DNA from: Callorhinchus milii
Lineage: Eukaryota
Assembly: GCF_018977255.1 (NCBI RefSeq)
Contig: NW_024704742.1
Span: 19,222,001-19,286,000, forward strand
Direction: 5' to 3'
Length of the DNA: 64,000 nucleotides
Position numbers and translations under genes: made by a program. Of the stretch, positions 40,881 through 52,629 are shown piece by piece; the first letter of the stretch is position 1; the number at the start of each line of letters is the position of its first letter. A model generated the notes under the pieces. The model was not told where the DNA came from, made no database searches, and saw only the letters and a program-made list of their open reading frames with translations.

Positions 40881-41238
40881 TAATAACAATAATCCTTGCA
40901 TTTACTATAGCACCTTATCACGTCTTCGAGATATCTCAAAGCGTTTCACAGAACATACTCTAAAATTAATTGACTGTATATTTTGTGGGCAAAACACGAC
41001 AGCCAATTGCGCACAGCAGTGTCCCACAAACAGTTGTGGAGTGAATGACCAAATTATAATTTTTTAAAAGATTATTATCCCCAGAAAAGTGATTAACAAC
41101 CAGGTTCCTACTTACTGTAAGGTAAACAGAGGCGTGTGGAGTAACAAAACTTGCCTAACGTTCCGCCCTGGCCGGGAAATAAACCCAGGTTCTCTCACTT
41201 GCGAGGTGAGTGCTCTAACCCATCCGCCACAGGACTCC
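40881..41238 (-). mobile_element. Older long-form tRNA-Ala DeuSINE
   Basis: As above. Confidence 0.88.
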
Positions 41239-42504
41239 ATCTTGCAGTAAACTTCGCTCTTTGATCTCTATAGCACAAAGGTCACAAAATATTCATTTCA
41301 AACCAGACCTGTGCCCCACATGTAATCGATCACAACAAAATTCGAAGCTGTTTTGAGGGATTTTACCTTGTTGTGAAGGATGAATCGTCAAGGTTAATTA
41401 TCACAATGTGATTTAATTCTTCCTGTGCTTCACTGCTGCCACAAAACAATAAGCAGAGGAGCAGACTTACCTCTTTAACCGTGCTTTCAATTCCTTCCGC
41501 CTAAGGAGCCAAACCAGCTGTGTAAAGTGCTTTGAGACATCCTCTTGATGTGAAAGGCATTGAATAAATGTAAGTTGTATAAATGCACTACCCAAGCCAC
41601 AGGCTAGTTCACTTGTTAAATTATTGGAAACAGTGTTCATCTGCAGTTGAAAGATATGTCCTGTTAATTTTGTGTTATTCTGCTCCCTTTTTAATATACA
41701 AGTCTTTGCAAAATATATTAAACTGGATTGACTTTGTGCTTTAGGCTATAGAGAAAGGTTGCAAACTTGCATCATACTGGAGGCAAATGGTAAATTAATG
41801 TTCCAAAACTGTATTTACAGTCTTCATCTGATTCACATGTGCAACACAACTATAAACTGGTAAATCTAAAGACTTAAGACAAAATATTGTTCTTGGTCTT
41901 ATAACTTAAATTCTGTCGTAGCAGCATGGTGAAATGTTAGTTTTAATTGGACTCTGCTTACAAATGCTGTTTTAAGGTAGGAAATATTTTTCTGGAAAGA
42001 AAGGTTTTAATGAACATGCACAGAAAGAATTTACTTTTAATGGGACAAACCATTTTGAGAACTCACCAGCTGCACTCTGAAAATGATCTGCTCTTATTTT
42101 ATTATTATTATTATTATTTATCTCATACCTGACATGAACAATGACTGTTTTACTGTGAGCTTATTCTGGAAAATATCCTTTTAAGGAAACTGGCTTCAGA
42201 ATGTTACAATGATAAACCTTGCATTTGATCCAGCACTTTATCACTTTGTCAAAATGCTATAAAGGATTTACTGTAAAATGTAAGTGTATGCATTTGTAAT
42301 TAAATGCAGTAGCCAATTTGTGCACAGCAGTGTCTGACAAACTGCCATGAAGTGAATGACCGATATTATCTGGATGATTGTTGGCCAGGACAACACCTCA
42401 AGAATCTCTTTGTTTCGAATAGAGCCTTTGTGATCTTGTTAATTTCACTTGACAGGTAGCCAGCACCTCGGTTTAATGGCTTATCCAATGACTACATTCT
42501 CATT

Positions 42505-43125
42505 AGAACATAAGAGCATAAGAATTAGGAGCAGGAATAGGCCATTCGGCCCCTCGAGCCTGCCCCGCCATTCGATAAGATCATGGCTGATTTTCTGACC
42601 TAACTAATTACCTGCCCTATCCCCATATCCCCTAATCCCTCTATTTTTTAAAAATCTATCAATCTCAGCCTTGAAAATGTTCAAGGACTAAGCATCTCCA
42701 GCCATCTGGGGAAGTGAATTCCATAAATTCACTACTCTCTGAGTGAAGAAATGTTTCCTCAACTCTGTTCTAAAAAGCTGACCCTTAATTTTAAGACTGT
42801 GACCCCTGGTTATAGATTCTCCTACCAGGGGAAACAGTCCCTCAGTGTCTACTTTATCCAGTACTTTAAGAATCGTATATGTTTCAATAAGATCTCCCCT
42901 AATTCTTCTGGACTCTAGAGAATACAGCCCTAGTTTATTCAGCCTATCCTCATAGGTCAGACCCCTCACCCCAGGAACTAACCGAGTGAATCTACTCTGC
43001 ACCCCTCTAGGGCAAGTATGTCCTTTTTTAAATAAGGAGACCAAAACTGCACACAATACTCTAGGTGCGGTTTCACCAAGGCTCTATACAGTTGCAGCAA
43101 GACTTCCCTACTTTTGTACTCTAAA
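42505..43125 (-). mobile_element. CR1 LINE 3' fragment
   Basis: YEDRLNKLGLYSLESRRIRGDLIE...FFTQRVVNLWNSLP; TTCTTATG-type tail. Confidence 0.93.
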
Positions 43126-43639
43126 TCATGATCATTGGAATGTCATCCTGGAGAATGAGCTCCGAAGCGGGGCCTGAACCCACAGTAATAATCCTTGCAT
43201 TTAGTAGAGCACCTCATCGCAACAACCATATGATTCATTGGCAAGATTGCTACTAACTGAGCCAGGGGCTATTAGAATTTCTTAACCTTGGTGTAATTCT
43301 GACAGATGACAAGGTTGCTGTGAACACTGCTATTAAAAGTATATCTCACGGCATGTTCTACATATCTACAACTCCTTGACTCTTCTTAATTTAAACATAT
43401 ACTCCAAGTTTTACCCTCATTATCCAAGTCAAATAGTATGCTTACATCTAATCCTCCATATCATTCATGCAAAGTTGAGGTACAACTGTTGGAACAAAAT
43501 AGAAATAGTTTTACATTAAATCATGATCTAGGATTTGTTCATACTGTAAGTAGGTGCCAGAGTTGGCACATTGCTCAGTACAAATAGTCAATGTCTCTTC
43601 TCACAAAGAAAGGACAAATAAATGCTGCACATTTATCAA

Positions 43640-44550
43640 CAATAACAACAACAAAATTACATTTATAGGGCGCCTTTCCCGTCGGGAGGACATCCCAAAA
43701 CCGCTGAACAGTCAGATGTTGGGGCCCGAGCATGGGGGAGGGCCGAGGTAGGGGTGAGGGAAGGCAGAGAGGTGGGAGGGCGACTGAAGTCAGGATCGAA
43801 GAGAAAGTTCTTGAGACCGGCCTTGAAGGAGGCAAGGGAGGAAGCGAGGAGAAGGGACCATGGGATGGAGTTCCAGAGTGTGGGGGCAGAGAGGGTGAAA
43901 GCCCGGCCACCGATGGTAGGACGAGTCGGGCGGGAGACATGGAGCAGACCAGAGCCCGCTGAACGGAAGGAGTGGGCAGGTTGGTAGGGAGTCAGCAGGT
44001 CAGAGAGGGTATGAGGGGGCAAGGCCATGGATGGCCTTGAAAGTGAGAATGAGGATCATGGAGTCCTGTAGCTCAGTGGTTAGAGCACTCGCTTTGCAAG
44101 TGAGAATCTGAGTTCAATTCCAGGCAGGGCGAAACCTTGGGCAAGTTTCCTTACTCCACATACCTAATAATAATCCCTCCAAAAAAACAAAACAATAATA
44201 AATTAGTCATATTCAATCCATGACTGTTTGTGGGACATTGCTGTGTGCAATTGGCTGCCGTGTTCGCCCACAAATATACAGTCAATTCACTTCACAGTAT
44301 ATTCTGTGAAGCGCTTTGGGACGTCTAGAAATGTGAAAAGCGCTATATCAAATGCAAGGATTATTATTATTATTATTATTAAACTCGATCCTCTGGGGGA
44401 TGGGAAGCCAATGGAGTCGGGCGAGGGTGGGAGTGATGGGGTCACGGAGCCTGGTGCGTGAGAGTACACGAGCTGCAGAGTTTTGGAGATCTGCAGCTTG
44501 TGAAGGGAAGAGTTGGGAAGGCCAATGAGGAGGGAGTTCCCGTTAGTCGA
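43640..44550 (-). mobile_element. L2 LINE 3' fragment
   Basis: GGRAFTLSAPTLWNSIP...FKAGLKNFLF and tail. Confidence 0.9.
44060..44381 (+). mobile_element. tRNA-Ala DeuSINE inserted in a - strand L2
   Basis: Full copy splitting L2 ...GAGGATC / AACTCGATCC... Confidence 0.92.
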
Positions 44551-44939
44551 GCCTTGATGTGACAAATGCAGTTTTAACCCTGAGTATTTGAAGAGCAAAA
44601 TACAGAAAGATTTTTTTGTTGTTGTTTCAGCCACAAGTGACAATGACTCACCCAAGTCCTTTAAATATTAATTCACAGAAACGTCAATCACATCAAGAAG
44701 AAGGAAGTGTGGGTCTGAAATTGTGCCTCCAGATGTTATTTTAATAACAATATCCAAATCCTTCAAAATGGGACTTGTGTTTTTTCAGTTTAGCCCATAC
44801 GATATTTCAACCTCATTGTACTGTATTGTACCTATTTTTTATCTTGTCCAATGAAGGTGCTGGGAACCAAAAAGTATTAGAATGAGGTCGGATGCTGTAT
44901 TGGATGTGAAAATTAATTCTTAATTTTATACTGATTGAC

Positions 44940-45440
44940 CCTTCAGTGATTAGTAACAGAGTGATTGATGAAGCAGATTAATGTCTCTGAACAGAATAAA
45001 TGTGGTTGTCAGCGAGATCGCTTTTACATAAAATCGCTTAACATTTCTCCGTGACACTGTAATATATTCCCTACCATTGATTTTTAACCTACCAAACTGA
45101 TTTAAAATCAGAAAAAAGTGAGTAATCATAATTGGGAATGTTTCAATCTGCAAAGAAACTTATTCAGGGGCCAGGCTTGAAAACCTCAATATTTAAAAAA
45201 AAAATTGAAAAAGGGTAATTTAATGAAAATCTCCAAGTCTCTGGATGATTCCAAAGAAGAGATCATACATTTTAGCGTGGAAGAATTCAATCAGGTTCAG
45301 ATACAGACGTGTTTTGTTTTTTTGGGCAGCTGAACTGATGGGTGCCAAACGTAGATAAATGTTCAATAATTTGTGGCAGGACAATGAACCAAAGTAGGGT
45401 ATGCTTGTTAATTTGGAATAGCCATACATCACTGCTCCGG
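44940..45440 (-). pseudogene. Exon-like segments (~45220-45440 and ~44940-45147)
   Basis: Strong tttctttgcag acceptor ending at 45148. Protein-like open frames (YGYSKLTSIPYFGSLSCHKLLNIYLRL...LYLNLIEFFHAKMYDLFFGIIQRL). Other boundaries uncertain. Confidence 0.3.
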
Positions 45441-46118
45441 AAAGAGATCCAAGATTATTGTGGATAAATCAATACCTATGCAGTGTTTTGTGGTAATAAA
45501 AATAGGCAGCTGAGGTTTTGAGTTGCATTGGCAGAGGAATATAATTAAAGAGGTAATATTGGTGCTGTGGAAGATATTGGACAAACCTCATTTGCAATGT
45601 TGCTTCCAGTTTCGGTCACACAATTTGGGGAAAGGACATTTTTGCCCTTGAGAGGGCAGAGCAAACCAATGAAGATGATTGCCAGTCATTAAAGTCAGTG
45701 TTCTAGAGAAAGGTTAAGGAAGATGGAATTGGGCTTTTGCCTCTGAGATGACCTGATATGGGTTTTCAGTATAATGAAAAGTAGTAACATGGAAGATTCA
45801 GACCAATTGTTGAACATTGTCATAGTTTCCGAAACCATGATGCACATGCTTAAATTTAATGAGGAGTAAGAAGTCAGGCATAATGTTATTACACAGAGAC
45901 TCATGGATTAATTTACCATGAAAGTCATTGAATGAGAGAGTATGAATGGGTCGAGAACCGGATGTGTTCCTGGTTAGAGTAAGAACTGAGGAAATTAGTG
46001 AGAAGGCAGGAAGTTTTGGTGAGATCTTTCTAAAATAAATGGTCTTATTAGGGGGCTTTCTGTTTTTCTGTCTTGTCTTGAGTCTATTGTAGCTTTCAAG
46101 AGGGAAGTAGACAGGAGT

Positions 46119-46446
46119 ATAATAATAATAATAATAATAATCCTTGCATTTGATATAGCGCTTTTCACGTCGGGAGGACGTCCCAAAGCGCTTCACAGAA
46201 CACACTGCAAAGTGAATTGACTGTATATTTGTGGGCGAACGCGGCAGCCAATTGCGCACAGCAATGTCCCACAAACAGTCGTAGATTGAAAATGACCAAT
46301 TTATTATTGTTTTGGGTTTTTGGAGGGATTACTATTAGGCTCTGTGTGGAGTAAGGAAACTTGCCCAAGGTTTCGCCCTGCCTGGAATTGAACTCAGGTC
46401 TCTCGCTTGCAAAGCGAATGCTCTAACCACTGAGCTACAGGACTCC
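46119..46446 (-). mobile_element. Young tRNA-Ala DeuSINE
   Basis: Full copy; flanks AGGAGTAT / AGGACTAT. Confidence 0.93.
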
Positions 46447-46753
46447 AGGACTATGAAAGAGAAGGGCTTAAAGGAGAATGGGGATAAGGTGGGTTGGTGG
46501 GATTCAATTGATTTCTCTGCTATTAGCTAGTGCAGACTCAATGGGCCAAATGGCTTTCTTCGGTGCTGTGCATTTCATGTCAGAAGGATGTCCCAAGGCG
46601 CCACTTCAAGCCCACATCTGGAATTTAAGTCCACAGACTAGACTGGCACACCCGTGCATTACTGTGGGAGCACTGTGTATTGTTGGAGATGTTATGTTTT
46701 GGATGATACTTTAAGCTGAGGTTGCATTTACCTGTTCAGGTGAATATTATTGT

Positions 46754-47078
46754 GGAGTCCTGTAGCTCAGTGGTTAGAGCACTCGCTTTGCAAGCGAGAG
46801 ACCTGAGTTCAATTCCAGGCAGAGGGCGAAACCTTGGGCAAGTTTCCTTACTCCACACAGAGCCTAATAATAATCCCTCCAAAACCAAAACCAATAATAA
46901 AATTGGCATTTTCAATCTACGACTGTTTGTGGGACATTGCTGTGCGCAATTGGCTGCCGCGTTCGCCCACAAATTTACAGTCAATTCACTTTACAGTGTG
47001 TTCTGTGAAGCGCTTTGGGACGTCCTTCCGACGTGAAAAGCGCTATATCAAATGCAAGGATTATTATTATTATTATTA
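46754..47078 (+). mobile_element. Young tRNA-Ala DeuSINE inserted in an old SacSINE1-like element
   Basis: Full copy, inverted relative to 46119-46446. Confidence 0.93.
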
Positions 47079-48880
47079 AAGATCCATGACTACTCAGAAA
47101 GAAAATGAACTTCTTCTTTATTTCCTGGTCAACAAACGTCTACAGAAATGGCTGATTGTGGGACCTTGCTTTTGCCAATGACCGCTGTGTTTGCCTACTA
47201 TTAGAGTTAATCCGCTTTACAGTAACTGATGTCAGTAAGCTAACTTTCAAAAATTAAAAGAAATATTTTTCTGTGGGAAATTTTGGAAAGTGATATTATT
47301 ATGCAAAACCAAAGATTACAATAATTCACAAGAGCAGACATCAATGACTCTAACATTGTATCTTTCACTCTGCAAAGACAGTAAAAAGTGTTTAAGATAT
47401 TTCACCATAACTATTACTTATTATTCATAATTATTAGTAATTATTCTTTCAAGAGCTCTTGTGCTATTATGAAGCCAGGACTGATTGCCCACAAAATATA
47501 CAGTGAATTCACTTTACAATATATTGTATGAAGTATTTTTAGACGTCTCAAAGATATGATAAGACGCTATATCATATGCAAAAATTATTATTATTATTAT
47601 TGCTCGGATGTACCTAAATTATTATTTCTGTTATATCTAAATGCGAAGTTTAGTTTCTGGCTGATCAAGTTTACAAGAGTTAAAGAAGTTCAAACCTTTA
47701 ATGAATTTGATTCATAAATAACTCATCCAAAGAACGTCACACTGATGTGACATTAAGAGGAAATAGCAATGCAACCGTAAATATTCGATCATGCTGTTCT
47801 GAAAGCATTTGTTTCCCAATGTTCCCCGTATGAATCTATGAGAACAAGGAAGTCAGATGAGAACTTAAAATAACGTATTGCTATTTCTGTGATTTTTGTC
47901 ATCTTATGCTGTGCTAAACCTATTATAGCAAGTGTTTCTCCCACGCATTCAGCATCCCACACAGGCTAAATGGCCGTTCTCATTGTGATGAATTCAACAA
48001 ATTTTGTCCAGTTAATTTAGCCAGTGAATTAATCCAGCAATGAACAGATTGTTCTGTAAACAAAACATAGAATTTACAGCTTCAAATTGTCTCAATTTCT
48101 CCATAATTTAGAAAGAGCAAAATTAATAATTAAATCTTGACAAAGATTATCTGTTCCAACATAACATGACTGAATGAATGCTCTTGGGATACTGCAATTC
48201 AATATATTTAAAATTCCTACAAGTAAAGTATTACCTTATATTTCTAACAATACTATTTCTAAATAATCAATGCATCAAGATTCTAAATATCAAATGACCT
48301 AACCAATATATGGGTGTTTTTTTGGGTGTTGGATCTAGTAAATTCCAGCGCATTGGGACGTCCCCCCAATGTGAAAGGCACTCTACAAATGTAATTTTGT
48401 TGTTGTTGTTGTTGTAGTGAGACTGGCGAGGAGTGAGTTAGAAAAGTTAAGTCACTAGGTACCTAATGCATGAATAAGGGTTTTGGCAGCAGTTGGTATG
48501 AGATAGAGGAATAGATGAGCAATAATAACAACATTACATTTGTATAACACCTTTCACATCGGGAGGCGCTATATGTCAATGCAACATATTTGCCATTTAT
48601 TTTTGGCATTGACTTTCATCAAGGGCAGTGCCTGTAGTTAGAAAAGTAGGACAGTACTTGCATGTACTTGTTTATAATATGCCCCAGTGCCAGTAACACT
48701 CCAGGGCACCAAAGTACTTTGAGAACACTCCATTTCGCATCTCAATACTGTATTACTAAAGGTTATTCTAAATTGTTCCCAAAACCTTAAGAAAAAAGAG
48801 AATCTCTAATTCTGTAGCTCTTGCTGCAAGCAAAGTGAATTTTTGCTGGTCCAATAACTGTAATCCACAGAACTACTTAC

Positions 48881-49328
48881 TTGTATGAGGCTATTTCTAA
48901 TGTTAGCAGTGATCATAATACTGATTTTGCCTTCCTCTTCAAATCTCTCAGTACTTTGCCTTATAGAAGCAGCGTGGGATAAATTATACGAGAAAGCATC
49001 ACTGCTTCTGTGTCTCCAAAACACAAACTGATCTTAGAAAAATAACTGCAACTGCATAAGAAGGAATTTATGCAGAGATGAAAAAAAACATATTCATTCA
49101 AACCCAGTTTATTTCACTCTATCACTTTCCCTTTTCATTTTTGGAATGCAATTTCCACTGAATGTAAGCCATGTAGAGACAGCCCTGCAACTTAATGATA
49201 TAATTCTCAGCTGCCTGTGGTGGCAGGTCTGGATCACTGAGAGGAAGAAAATAGACGTGGGCTTTTGGTGATATTTTCACAAAGTGCCAAAGGTCAAAAC
49301 AATGTTTTTTGACAAATGGTGCTATCAT
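48881..49328 (-). pseudogene. Two adjacent exon-like segments (~49118-49328 and 48881-49007)
   Basis: ctctgaag|ATGATAGCACC acceptor with open frame MIAPFVKKHCFDLWHFVKISPKAHVYFLPLSDPDLPPQAAENYIIKL. Second segment is bounded by cacag| and |gtaagt. Confidence 0.4.
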
Positions 49329-49394
49329 CTTCAGAGCAAGTGAGTTGGTAAACGCACCATGAATTTTTGTTATCCTATTCTATCGATCCTCATC

Positions 49395-49940
49395 GGCCTT
49401 CCCAACTCTTCCATACTCTGCAGCTCGTGTACTCTCACGCACCAGGCTCCGTGACCCCATCACTCCCACCCTCGCCTGACTCCACTGGCTTCCCATTCCC
49501 CAGAGGATCGAGTTCAAGATCTTTGTCCTCACCTTTAGGGCCATCCATGGCCTTGCCCCCTCCTACCTCTCTGACCTGCTGACTCCCTACCAACCTGCCC
49601 GCTCCCTCCATTCATCAGGTTCCGGTCTGCTCCATGTCTCTCACCCGACCCGCCCTACCATCAGTGGCCGGGCTTTCAGCCTCTCTGTCTCCACATTCTG
49701 GAACTCCATCCCACGGTCCCTTCGCCTCACTTGCTCCCTTGCCTCCTTCAAGGCTGGTCTCAAGACCCTTTTCTTCGACCGTGCCTTTGGTCTCCCTCCC
49801 ACCTCTCTGCCTTCCCTCACCCCTACACCACCCCTCTTCCCCCATGCTCGGGCCCCGACACCTGACTGCTCAGCACTTTGGGACATCCTCCCAATGTGAA
49901 AGGTGCTCTATGAATGTAATTTTGTTGTTGTTGTTGCTCC
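49395..49940 (+). mobile_element. L2 LINE 3' fragment (others ~2030-2290, 8060-8670, 10295-10450, 14240-14770, 19630-20010, 24470-25170; 50215-50575 on -)
   Basis: Homologous to the 3' part of 35005-35960. Confidence 0.88.
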
Positions 49941-50959
49941 ATTATTAATTTGACACTGGTCTAAAATTGTACAGGGAGAGTGTCATTTAAATCTTAAGTA
50001 ATTGCAGTGTGAGCTATTGAAAAGATTGGTGTATTTGCAGGGCAGACTGTAGAAGGTCATGAGTGACCTGGTAACTTACAAACCTTTTAATTCCTTAACA
50101 CCCATTACAGTATGGCATGTAATGTAATTCCATATATCAATATTTTGGGAACAAGGACTTAATGTTACTGTCCAATATTCTAATGACAGGTCTGATCCAA
50201 TGATTCCTGATGGTACAAACAACAATATGGCAAATTTCATGTAGAAGGACATCTCAAAGCATTTCACAGAGCTGGCTGGGAGGTTGAGCTGGGGGTGGAG
50301 GTGGGGTGGTAGGGGGAAAGACATGGTCAAAAAGATGGACTTTAAAGTTGAGGAGGGAGGTGATGAGGTGGAGGGACTCCAGGATGGAGTTCCAGAGAGC
50401 AGAGGTAGAATGGCTAGAAACTTGCTCCCCAAGGATGAGGCAAGTCAAGAGGGAGGCATGAAGCAAACCATTGTTGATAAGCAGAGGATGCAGCCGTGGT
50501 TACAGGAGATTGCAGAGATATAGAGAGGAAAGGTTTGTACACTAGAACAAGGATATTGAATTTGATCTGCTGGAGAAACAGTATCCCTTTAAGCAGGGAT
50601 ATTTTACAGGCTATAAACTGAAACATATTATGTAACATCAACATAGGACAATATAGCTAGAATTGCATTATAATAGTGCAATCTAAGCAGTCAACAGATC
50701 AATATTAACTCTCAAATGTGTTCCTGTTTATATTGTCTGAAGCCTTTCATTCCAGTTGTTCTGGGTCTCAGATCCACTCAGCCTTTCCTTTCCAAATCTC
50801 AGAACCTAGTATCGGAATATTATTGCGTTAAAGTAAAATGCAGGTTGATCCAAAAATTGCAACTAACGATGCATCCTCACAAAATTAATTCAAAAAGTAT
50901 TCAACATTGAAAACTCCCAAAACGAAAAACATGAGGAGGTTTTCAAAAACAACTGAATA

Positions 50960-51045
50960 TTGATTAAACTCAATTTTAAGGAGTTCATTATCAAGTATAC
51001 ATTGCAATTGAGATTAGTCACAGTGAGATTCCTATAAATAGCTAG
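50960..51045 (+). promoter_or_regulatory. Putative HESX1 core promoter (TATA box plus homeodomain ATTA sites)
   Basis: TATAAATA at 51033-51040, ~95 bp before ATG 51135. Upstream GATTA/CATTA motifs include AGATTA (TAATCT on the - strand, Otx/bicoid-type). Confidence 0.55.
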
Positions 51046-51134
51046 GGCACGACTGAGGGCACTGGAAAATTAAAGCTATTAGAACAGCCAGTCTATGTAT
51101 TATTGTTAAACTGTATTAATGCCCAAAGCTCAAC

Positions 51135-51548
51135 ATGTTCTTCACTTAGCTTCAACGCCTATTGCTTTCATCAACCTGTGACCCTCTACCTGTCCTGAGG
51201 GGTCAGACAGTGTGTGCCAAGCTGTGCCCTGGGGCAGACTGGCTCAGTCACCCACACAACTGTAGCTGGTACCGAGGGCGGAGAGCCAGGACTGTGTTCA
51301 GCAGGAGCCAGATTGAAGTATTGGAGGAAGCATTTCGTCGGAATTGTTACCCAGGGATAGATGCTCGTGAACAACTTGCTCACAAGTTGACTCTTGATGA
51401 AGACAGAATTCAGATCTGGTTCCAGAATCGTCGAGCAAAGCAGAAAAGATCTCACCATGAATCTCAGTTTCTGATTGTGAAAAACGCACTGATGTCCGGT
51501 TCAATTGTACCCAAACAGGAGGAGAAACATGAACATCAAAGCATCTAA
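51135..51548 (+). CDS. HESX1: HESX1/Anf paired-like homeobox coding region; intronless homeodomain; 5' end disrupted or spliced
   Basis: Translation [73 protein letters not shown] matches the diagnostic HESX1/Anf homeodomain and flanks ([26 protein letters not shown], RSHxESQFL). Frame is open from 51150 to TAA at 51546-51548. In-frame ATG at 51135 is followed by TAG at 51147-51149. The ORF-track start at 51162 is a TTG. Family identity is high confidence; functional status is uncertain. Confidence 0.9.
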
Positions 51549-51560
51549 AACTGGATCATG

Positions 51561-51888
51561 GGAGTCCTGTAGCTCAGTGGTTAGAGCACTCGCTTTGCAA
51601 GCGAGAGCCCTGAGTTCAATTCCAGGCAGAGGGCGAAACCTTGGGCAAGTTTCCTTACTCCACACCGAGCCTAATAATAATCCCTCCAAAACCAAAAACA
51701 ATAATAAAAATTGGTCATTTTCAATCTACGACTGTTTGTGGGACATTGCTGTGCGCAATTGGCTGCCGCGTTCGCCCACAAATATACAGTCAATTCACTT
51801 TACAGTGTGTTCTGTGAAGCGCTTTGGGACGTCCTCCCGATGTGAAAAGTGCTATATCAAATGCAAGGATTATTATTATTATTATTAT
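51561..51888 (+). mobile_element. Young tRNA-Ala DeuSINE 12 bp after the HESX1 stop codon
   Basis: Full copy; ATCA on both flanks. Confidence 0.93.
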
Positions 51889-52043
51889 CAAAGCAGCTCT
51901 GGGGAACAGCAGGGGAAGCTCATCTAGGTTGAATGATGATCTCAAGATCTCCACGCCCAATCTCAGTCTAGAGGCAATATGTTATCAGCTGTGGCTTCAT
52001 ATTACAATTAGATATGGGACTTACACAAGTAAAGCAGACTTAC

Positions 52044-52412
52044 TTAAACTCAAGCAAATGATCTTCTTGATCAGTTAAGACTTTGGTTTGAAGAATTGAA
52101 AGGAGTTGAATGGGAAGAATCCCTGCATCCATTGACGAATCTGTCCCTCCACGTTCTGCCAGTCTGGCTAGTTTGTCATCAGCAATGTCCTGGAGTACCA
52201 AACTGATCACTGCCTGAGGAACTAGACTACCAAGACCATCACAGAGAGTTAATTTTTGTGTCTGCCATTCCAATGCCAAACACATTACCTTGGGGCTAGC
52301 AAAAGCTCCAAAGAAACCCGCATTTCTCCACATCTTCCCCCTCGTAGAAGTTAGACTTCCAAAAAGGGCACGAGGCAGTGATTGGAGAAGAAACCTAACT
52401 ATTTTTTCCATC
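52044..52412 (-). pseudogene. Exon-like segment, 369 nt, fully open
   Basis: tctctag acceptor and gtaagt donor. Reads ...DGLGSLVPQAVISLVLQDIADDKLARLAERGGTDSSMDAGILPIQLLSILQTKVLTDQEDHLLEF; helical and reminiscent of HECTD4 LGHLLPVLLTSL. Confidence 0.55.
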
Positions 52413-52629
52413 CTAGAGACCATGTTACAATAAAAACACCCCAATAAGATCAACTAATTGAGCAACCAGGGATCATACATGGAACATTCCCAGTCTGTAT
52501 CATACCAGACAGGATTTCTATCCTTTGAGCTATGAGGATTAATACATCTGTCCACTTGAAAGTTTCAGTCCAGTAGAATGTTTCTGTTCCACACGAGATG
52601 AACTTCCATTCTCTGGGAAGTTGCTAATT

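Larger units (their letters stand above)
100..52412 (-). pseudogene. Putative decayed multi-exon gene for a giant HERC2/HECTD4/ZZEF1-like protein; may extend beyond both ends
   Basis: About 20 non-repeat islands, many with minus-strand pyrimidine-AG acceptors and/or GT donors. Protein-like translations carry stops and frameshifts. Recalled HERC2/HECTD4-like motifs occur in collinear order. Similarity judged by eye only. Confidence 0.45.
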
